The notes beneath the pieces were generated by a model. The model did not search any database. It was not told where the DNA came from and saw only the letters and a list, made by a program, of their open reading frames with translations. Of a stretch of 32,000 nucleotides of DNA, positions 26,151-32,000 are shown piece after piece; position 1 is the stretch's first letter, and every line of letters starts with the position of its first letter. The stretch is from Patescibacteria group bacterium (GTDB lineage Bacteria; Patescibacteriota; UBA1384; XYA2-FULL-43-10): assembly GCA_041674405.1 (NCBI GenBank), contig JBAYVT010000005.1, positions 90,001 through 122,000 of the forward strand, read 5' to 3'. Both the position numbers and the translations under genes were made by a program.

Positions 26151-27428
26151 CTAGCTTAACAAATCGTTAATTTTTACAAGTTTAGGCAAAAATTTATATC
26201 CCAATTTTTCCGCTTCCTTTTTTCTATCCACCGCCTTTGGCACAGGCCGGATTTCGCCCATAAGGCCAACTTCACCGAAGAAACATAAATCTTTCGGTAT
26301 TGGCTTATTTAAGTATGAAGAAATTATTGCGGCACAGATCGCAAGATCAACTGCCGGCTCTCGTAATTTCAAGCCGCCAATAACATTGATGTAAATATCC
26401 TGATTGGAGAGATTGATTTTTGTTGACTTTGATATAACCGCAGCAAGAAGATTTAAACGATTTAGGTCAAAACCGGATGAGGTCCTTTTTGGGTAACCAA
26501 AATTTGTTGTAATAGTTAAAGCTTGAATTTCTACAAGAATCGGTCTTGTTCCTTCAAGCGTTACAGCCACAACACTACCAGGTGATTTGTCTGGACGTTC
26601 GGCTAAAAACAACTCGGATGGATTTTCGATCGGAATCATTCCACTCTCAGACATCGAGAATATTCCCGCCTCATTCGTTGCGCCAAATCTGTTTTTAATT
26701 CCGCGCAAAATTCTGGCATCATGAAATCGTTCGCCCTCAAGATAAAGAACGACATCAACCAAGTGTTCAAGGATCCTTGGCCCGGCGATTGACCCTTCTT
26801 TGGTGACATGGCCGATCAAAATTACCGGAATTTTTGTTGTTTTAGCCAACCTCTGGAGAAATATTCCACACTCTCTGACCTGGACTAAGCTGCCAGGGGT
26901 CGAGGGTAAATCATTCAAAAATACCGTTTGTATTGAGTCAACTATAATAAGCTCCGGCTTGTTTTTTTTAACTTCTCGCTCAAAGGCGTTAAGGTCTCCT
27001 CCGGAATATAAAGTGATGTTCTTTGATTTTAGGCCCAACCTATCGGCCCGGAGTTTTATTTGCTCCAGAGATTCCTCAGCTGAAAGATAAAGGCAATTTT
27101 TAATTTTATCGGCAACCTCCAAAATCAAGGTTGATTTTCCGATTCCCGGTTCCCCGCCCAGAAGAATTATGGAACCCCTTACAATTCCTCCGCCTAGTAC
27201 TCTATCAAATTCAGAAATTCCGGTTTTTTCCCTACCAAAATTACCAACTTTTATATCAGATAAATTGGATTTTTCAATTGAGTCAGGTGCAATATTTTGA
27301 TGTGAATCAGTAAAACTCATTTCCTTTAGGCTATTCCATTCACCGCAAGCATCACATTTTCCCGACCAGGCCGAAAATTCATTGCCACAGGAGGAGCATA
27401 TAAATATCGTTTTATTCTTTTTGGCCAT
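26151..27428 (-). CDS. radA: DNA repair protein RadA
   Basis: FICSSCGNEFSAWSGKCDACGEWNSL, LLGGEPGIGKSTLILEVADKI, LRGIKNRFGATNEAGIF. Confidence 0.95.
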   Translation of the reverse strand: MAKKNKTIFICSSCGNEFSAWSGKCDACGEWNSLKEMSFTDSHQNIAPDSIEKSNLSDIKVGNFGREKTGISEFDRVLGGGIVRGSIILLGGEPGIGKSTLILEVADKIKNCLYLSAEESLEQIKLRADRLGLKSKNITLYSGGDLNAFEREVKKNKPELIIVDSIQTVFLNDLPSTPGSLVQVRECGIFLQRLAKTTKIPVILIGHVTKEGSIAGPRILEHLVDVVLYLEGERFHDARILRGIKNRFGATNEAGIFSMSESGMIPIENPSELFLAERPDKSPGSVVAVTLEGTRPILVEIQALTITTNFGYPKRTSSGFDLNRLNLLAAVISKSTKINLSNQDIYINVIGGLKLREPAVDLAICAAIISSYLNKPIPKDLCFFGEVGLMGEIRPVPKAVDRKKEAEKLGYKFLPKLVKINDLLS

Positions 27429-29082
27429 TTTCCCTCATATCAATAATATTAGCTGAAACATAATTTTTACCATTCCAAAAATCTTCATCAAGTGTAAATA
27501 TCATATCATAACGTTTGTTTTCACTAAATTTCTGATTACAATTAAAAAATATGGACTTGATTTTCTTTTCACCAGAAACAATTCGAAACGATTGATGGGT
27601 ATTATTTTTTCCCACACAGCGGATATCGGATATTTTTACATTATTAAGCTCAAAAACAGGCCTCGGATTCCCCATACCAAATGGCTCCAATTGTTTTAAT
27701 CTTGAAGTTAACGATAACGAAAGTGATGCGAAATTTATCAGAGTATCAACTTTTGCAACTTTTTCAAAAAGTTTTTTATCTAAATTATTACACAGTTGTA
27801 TGAATTCCTCATAAAATTTCTGGAACTTCGATTTTTTAACAGCTAGGCCCGCTGCCCCCTTATGTCCACCAAATCTTTCAATTTTACTACTACATTTTTC
27901 TAATAGCACTATCAGATTCACACCCGAAACACTTCTTGCGCTACCAACATATGGATCGGAGCGATCAGAAAAAATAATGGCTGGACGCGAAAATTTCTCA
28001 ACTAGATGGCTAGCCGAGGGACCAAGCACACCCTTATGCCAATCCCCAAGAACGACCAATGTATTATTTTTAAGTAAATTTTCTTTTTCAATCCTTTCAG
28101 CTACTTTTTTTTCAAGTGCCGCCATTTCTTCTTGGCGCTTTTCGTTTGTCTGATTCAAAGAAAAGGCCAACTCTGCCGCTTCTTTTTTATCTTTAGTCAC
28201 AAGAAGCATAAAAGACTTTGTTGCATGATCAAGGCGGCCAGGGGCGTTAATTCTTGGACCAATCTGAAAACCAATGGAATATGAATTGATTTTCTCTTTA
28301 TCGATATTTGCTACTTTATATAGTTCCAAAAGCCCAACATTTTTTGTTTTTTTAAGTACCATCAAACCAAATCTTGCAATAATTCGATTCTCATCTACAA
28401 GAGGAACAACATCAGAAATTGTCGATATTGCCACAAGATCCATATTCCATTTAACAAAAGACTCACTGATTTTTTGGGGGTATTTTTTAGACAAGCCCTG
28501 TATTAGTTTAAAAATTACCCCTGCTCCAGAAAGCTCACGAAATGGATATTTTGAACCTTTAATTTTCGGATTCATAATTGCATACACATCAGGCAAATTA
28601 TCACCTGGCTCGTGATGGTCGGTAATAATCAGGCAAATGTCTTTTAATTTTGCATAATTAGCTTCTTCAACATTTCTAATACCAAGGTCAACGGTAATGA
28701 TTATGCTGCAATCTCTTTGTAATAAATAATCGATCCCTTCAGTGCTTAGGCCGTAGCCTGATTCCCTGTTGGGAATATAAATTTCTGATCGGATATTTAG
28801 TACTTCTAGCATTTTGTGCAGCAATGCCGAGCCCGGAATTCCATCAGCATCATAGTCGGCAAATATTCCGATTTTCATGTCATGTTCTATCGCTTCACGA
28901 ATTTTATTTTCAATCTTTTTATAACTTGGCAATAATTCTGGGTTATGAAAATCTTTTTCAAAATCTGGATTCAAAAATCTTTCAACAGATTTCGAATCAT
29001 ATCGTTCGCCAAGAATTCCCCTATTAAATAAAATTTGAAGCATGATATCGTCATACTTTTTTTTAGCAATTTTCCATTTCAT
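27412..29082 (-). CDS. recJ: Single-stranded-DNA-specific exonuclease RecJ
   Basis: IGIFADYDADGIPGSALLHKML, IIITVDLGI, LIITDHHEPGD, GWHKGVLGPSASHLVEKF-like DHHA1 region (VLGDWHKGVLGPSASHLVEKFSRP). Confidence 0.93.
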   Translation of the reverse strand: MKWKIAKKKYDDIMLQILFNRGILGERYDSKSVERFLNPDFEKDFHNPELLPSYKKIENKIREAIEHDMKIGIFADYDADGIPGSALLHKMLEVLNIRSEIYIPNRESGYGLSTEGIDYLLQRDCSIIITVDLGIRNVEEANYAKLKDICLIITDHHEPGDNLPDVYAIMNPKIKGSKYPFRELSGAGVIFKLIQGLSKKYPQKISESFVKWNMDLVAISTISDVVPLVDENRIIARFGLMVLKKTKNVGLLELYKVANIDKEKINSYSIGFQIGPRINAPGRLDHATKSFMLLVTKDKKEAAELAFSLNQTNEKRQEEMAALEKKVAERIEKENLLKNNTLVVLGDWHKGVLGPSASHLVEKFSRPAIIFSDRSDPYVGSARSVSGVNLIVLLEKCSSKIERFGGHKGAAGLAVKKSKFQKFYEEFIQLCNNLDKKLFEKVAKVDTLINFASLSLSLTSRLKQLEPFGMGNPRPVFELNNVKISDIRCVGKNNTHQSFRIVSGEKKIKSIFFNCNQKFSENKRYDMIFTLDEDFWNGKNYVSANIIDMRENGQKE

Positions 29083-29118
29083 GTGGTTTTTAAACTTTCC
29101 ACTTTATCTTCTTTGGGT

Positions 29119-29925
29119 TCATTTGTAGTATGCCCAACCATCCACTCTAAGGTCAACATATTCGTTTATATTTCCAGCCCCCTGAATCATCACAGCCTTT
29201 AAATCGTTTAGTTGTTTATTACTGGATCTCGTTGAATCGAACTTGATCATTGCCCCTTCTTTGGTGTACAAATTAAGATCAAAGGTTGTCTCTGAGATTA
29301 CAAAACGATCCGGATGCAAATTAGCCATTTCGGCAATATTTTTGTAAATATTTAAAGAAAAGGCAACAAAGCTTGGGCTAACAATTTGTTTTTGCAGATC
29401 AACTGGTAACTTTTGTGCATCCTCAATAATCGGAAGGTTGGAAAAACTTGATATGTCCGCAGTGACATCCTTGTAAGCCCTTCCTTGAGAATCAAGTAAA
29501 TAAAATTTATCGCCCGTTTTCCAGACAATCGCCTGATCGAATTCCACGACTACTATCTTTAGGGCATCTGGAAAACCTTTGTATATCTGTACGTCATTTA
29601 TTTCTGGAATATTTTGTTTTATTTTCTTTTCTATATTGCCCGTGTTTACTATAAAAATATTTTTATCCTTTGGAACAATCGAGGATATTTTTTCAGTGGT
29701 AACAAGATTATTCCCTTCAATAATAATATCTCGAACCACGAAACTACTGGATAAAAATAGCCACCACAAAAATACAATCAGTGCTGCCACAATTAAAATA
29801 TTCCCCATCGATAAAAATGAAGATATTCGAAGTTCAGTTCTTTTCCGCTCTTTTCTTTCTAAATAAATTTTCGGTTGCCGAAAATTTTGAGTACGTTCTC
29901 TTTTTATCAGCCTCCTTCTTACCAT
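29119..29925 (-). CDS. ftsQ: FtsQ/DivIB-like cell division protein with POTRA domain
   Basis: TM segment then SSFVVRDIIIEGNNLVTTEKISSIV...FPDALKIVVVEFDQAIVWKTGDKFYLLDSQGRAY; position next to murB/murC. Confidence 0.85.
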   Translation of the reverse strand: MVRRRLIKRERTQNFRQPKIYLERKERKRTELRISSFLSMGNILIVAALIVFLWWLFLSSSFVVRDIIIEGNNLVTTEKISSIVPKDKNIFIVNTGNIEKKIKQNIPEINDVQIYKGFPDALKIVVVEFDQAIVWKTGDKFYLLDSQGRAYKDVTADISSFSNLPIIEDAQKLPVDLQKQIVSPSFVAFSLNIYKNIAEMANLHPDRFVISETTFDLNLYTKEGAMIKFDSTRSSNKQLNDLKAVMIQGAGNINEYVDLRVDGWAYYK

Positions 29926-30860
29926 TTGCCCAGATACTCAACTTCTTCCTCAAGCGTAATATGAAAATTTCTCTTTACCGCTTCTCTCATCTCGTCAGCT
30001 AAAATACGGACATCCTTTGCAGATGCGTTTTTTCTGTTTATTACAAAGTTTGCATGCTTAGATGAGACCGAGGCCCCACCAACTCTCAATTTTTTTGCAC
30101 CCGAATTTTCTAGAAGGTAACCCGCAGATTGTTCTCTGACTCGGCCGGGATTTTTGAAAAAACTGCCGGCGCTTTTATCGGATAATGGTTGCGTCAATTT
30201 TTTTTGTTCTAAATTCTCGATTATAGTACGAAGGATCTCATCTTTCCTTTTCTGGGCTAACTGAATTTTTACAGTTAATATTACCGGCTTAAATTCTTTA
30301 TTTTTGTTTCCATTTTTTAGTTTACTTCCTCGATATTTAAAATCCATCCATTCGTGGCTGTGGCGAACGACGGCAAGCTTGCCCATCCGCTCTTCAAGAA
30401 CAGTAACACTTTTTACATAGTCGCCAATTCCAAGGCTTTTGGAGCCTGCATTGTTATAAACCGCACCACCCAAAGTCCCAGGGACCCCTGCGAGAAATTC
30501 TAATCCTCCAAGATCATACGAAGCAGCCAAATTTAATATTTTTCCCAACACCAGGCCAGAATCAGCAATAATTTCACCCGTTTCTTTGTTCACTACAACA
30601 TTGGAACTTTCATTCTTTATTATCAAACCAGAAAAACCGTAATCAGAAAAAACCACATTATAGCCGCCCCCAAGAACAATAAAGGGAATTTTTAATTTGT
30701 ATGCAGCATTTGTTGCAGCAACCAAGTCTTCAATATTTTTTGCAACATAAAAAAGATCAGCGATTCCCCCCACTCCAATGCTCGTATGTTCCCGAAGCAA
30801 AACATTGGTTTTTAACTCATCTCCCAGAACTACCCTGAGTTCTTGCTCCAAAGTATCCAT
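29919..30860 (-). CDS. murB: UDP-N-acetylenolpyruvoylglucosamine reductase
   Basis: NVLLREHTSIGVGGIADLFYVAKN, PFIVLGGGYNVVFSDYGFSGLII, FLAGVPGTLGGAVYNNAGSKSLGIGDYV. Confidence 0.95.
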   Translation of the reverse strand: MDTLEQELRVVLGDELKTNVLLREHTSIGVGGIADLFYVAKNIEDLVAATNAAYKLKIPFIVLGGGYNVVFSDYGFSGLIIKNESSNVVVNKETGEIIADSGLVLGKILNLAASYDLGGLEFLAGVPGTLGGAVYNNAGSKSLGIGDYVKSVTVLEERMGKLAVVRHSHEWMDFKYRGSKLKNGNKNKEFKPVILTVKIQLAQKRKDEILRTIIENLEQKKLTQPLSDKSAGSFFKNPGRVREQSAGYLLENSGAKKLRVGGASVSSKHANFVINRKNASAKDVRILADEMREAVKRNFHITLEEEVEYLGKW

Positions 30861-32000
30861 TATTTCTCCTTGACAATTTTTTCTGCCACCTTATAAATCG
30901 GTGGAATTCCAATAGTCAAAATTATACTTGAAGAATCGGTATTATTTATCAAATAATCACAAATTTCATCATCGTTATCAAACACTTTGGCCTTTTTACC
31001 CTTTGTGTTGATAATTTCTACAATCTTTTCAGAAGAAACATCGAGCTCCTCGTCCCGACCAGGCACAAAATAAATTGGTTTTAATATAACATCATCTGCG
31101 AGTTTAAAAGCATCGGCAAATTCTGATAAAAGCGGCAAAATTCTTTTATACTGATGCGGCCAAAAAACTACAACTAATTTTTTATCAGGAAACTGATCAG
31201 AAAGAGCCTTGATAGTTGCCCGAATTTCTGTGGGATGATGGCCATAATCGTCATAAACCTGGGCGCCGTTTATGCTTCCTTTGTACTCTAGCCTGCGATG
31301 CGCTCCTTTGAATTTTTTTAACACGCTTCTTGCAATATCCAATTTGATGCCGAGTTCTTTCCCCACAGAAATAGCGGCCTCAGAATTTAATTTATTATGT
31401 TCTCCCAGAAGGCCAATTTCGAATTCATTGCCAGAAATTTTGTACGGGACTTTCTTGGCATTTTCGTACTTATTTACAAGTTGAGATAGGTTTTGATCTT
31501 CTGCGCAATACACCAAAATCCCACCGCTTTTAATATTTTTGATAAATTCGCCAAAAGCGTCCAAAATTTCAGGTACCCCTCCCGGATATGTGTCCAGGTG
31601 CTCTTTATCAATATTCGTGATCACTGCAATATCTGGTTTAAAATCCAAAAAACTTCTGTCATATTCACAAGCCTCCATCACAAAATATTTTGATTTACCT
31701 ATCCGAACCACATCCCCAAACTCCCTCACTTCTTCCCCTACCAAAACTGTCGGATCAAAGCCAGCTTCAATCATAATCAGGCCAATCAACGAAGTCACAG
31801 TTGTCTTTCCATGCATCCCGGAAATTGTTATTAAATATTTCTTCTTCGTAATATCCGCCAAGATTTCGGAGCGCTTTACTATCTTAATTCCCAATTTCTC
31901 CCCCTCTAAAACCTCAACCCATCCTGGAGATCCTGGGCTTACGGCAGAAGTTCTAACAATCACATCGATATCCGAAGATATATTTTTAGCATCATGCCCC
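30860..32000 (-). CDS. murC: UDP-N-acetylmuramate--L-alanine ligase, 5' end beyond right window edge
   Basis: ITISGMHGKTTVTSLIGLIM, NIDKEHLDTYPG, DDYGHHPTEIRATIKAL. Frame stays open upstream of the supplied GTG start (GHDAKNISSDIDVIVRTSAVSPG) to position 32000. Confidence 0.93.
   Translation of the reverse strand, partial: GHDAKNISSDIDVIVRTSAVSPGSPGWVEVLEGEKLGIKIVKRSEILADITKKKYLITISGMHGKTTVTSLIGLIMIEAGFDPTVLVGEEVREFGDVVRIGKSKYFVMEACEYDRSFLDFKPDIAVITNIDKEHLDTYPGGVPEILDAFGEFIKNIKSGGILVYCAEDQNLSQLVNKYENAKKVPYKISGNEFEIGLLGEHNKLNSEAAISVGKELGIKLDIARSVLKKFKGAHRRLEYKGSINGAQVYDDYGHHPTEIRATIKALSDQFPDKKLVVVFWPHQYKRILPLLSEFADAFKLADDVILKPIYFVPGRDEELDVSSEKIVEIINTKGKKAKVFDNDDEICDYLINNTDSSSIILTIGIPPIYKVAEKIVKEK

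Noticed and set aside
1-32000. CRISPR array, prophage, transposon or retron
   Set aside because: No regularly spaced repeats, reverse transcriptase, transposase or phage structural genes found when reading the ORFs and spacers by eye.

Overview
The window looks like a housekeeping region of a low-GC, probably Candidate Phyla Radiation/Patescibacteria-type genome (taxon is an inference). From start to end it holds: a minus-strand type IV pilus block (pilB, truncated at the left edge; a small membrane protein; pilO-like; pilN-like; two large secreted surface proteins); a family 2 glycosyltransferase; a RdgB/HAM1 pyrophosphatase; a NUDIX hydrolase; a P-loop kinase; a tRNA cluster (Trp-CCA, Thr-TGT, Tyr-GTA, Thr-GGT) with rpmG; TPR, PSP1-family and DNA polymerase III delta' genes; a zinc-ribbon protein; rpmB; an M50 protease; tRNA-Pro(GGG) with an ASCH-domain ORF directly behind it; a large PP2C-like/beta-propeller membrane protein; argS; tyrS; PBP1A; radA; recJ; ftsQ; murB; and murC, truncated at the right edge. 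No CRISPR array, transposase or recognisable defence system was seen. The most unusual items are: (1) two stand-alone GC-rich lipoprotein cassettes (7.74-8.41 kb and 9.46-10.28 kb) in an AT-rich backbone, each with its own AT-rich sigma70-like promoter and GC-rich terminal hairpin(s); (2) a ~165-bp nested inverted-repeat/multi-hairpin element immediately upstream of tRNA-Pro; (3) a repeated palindromic element with a probable decayed tRNA-Thr inside the tRNA cluster; (4) an ORF whose ATG lies 4 nt after the encoded CCA of tRNA-Pro; and (5) a large predicted membrane protein joining a PP2C-like N-terminal region to a C-terminal propeller.
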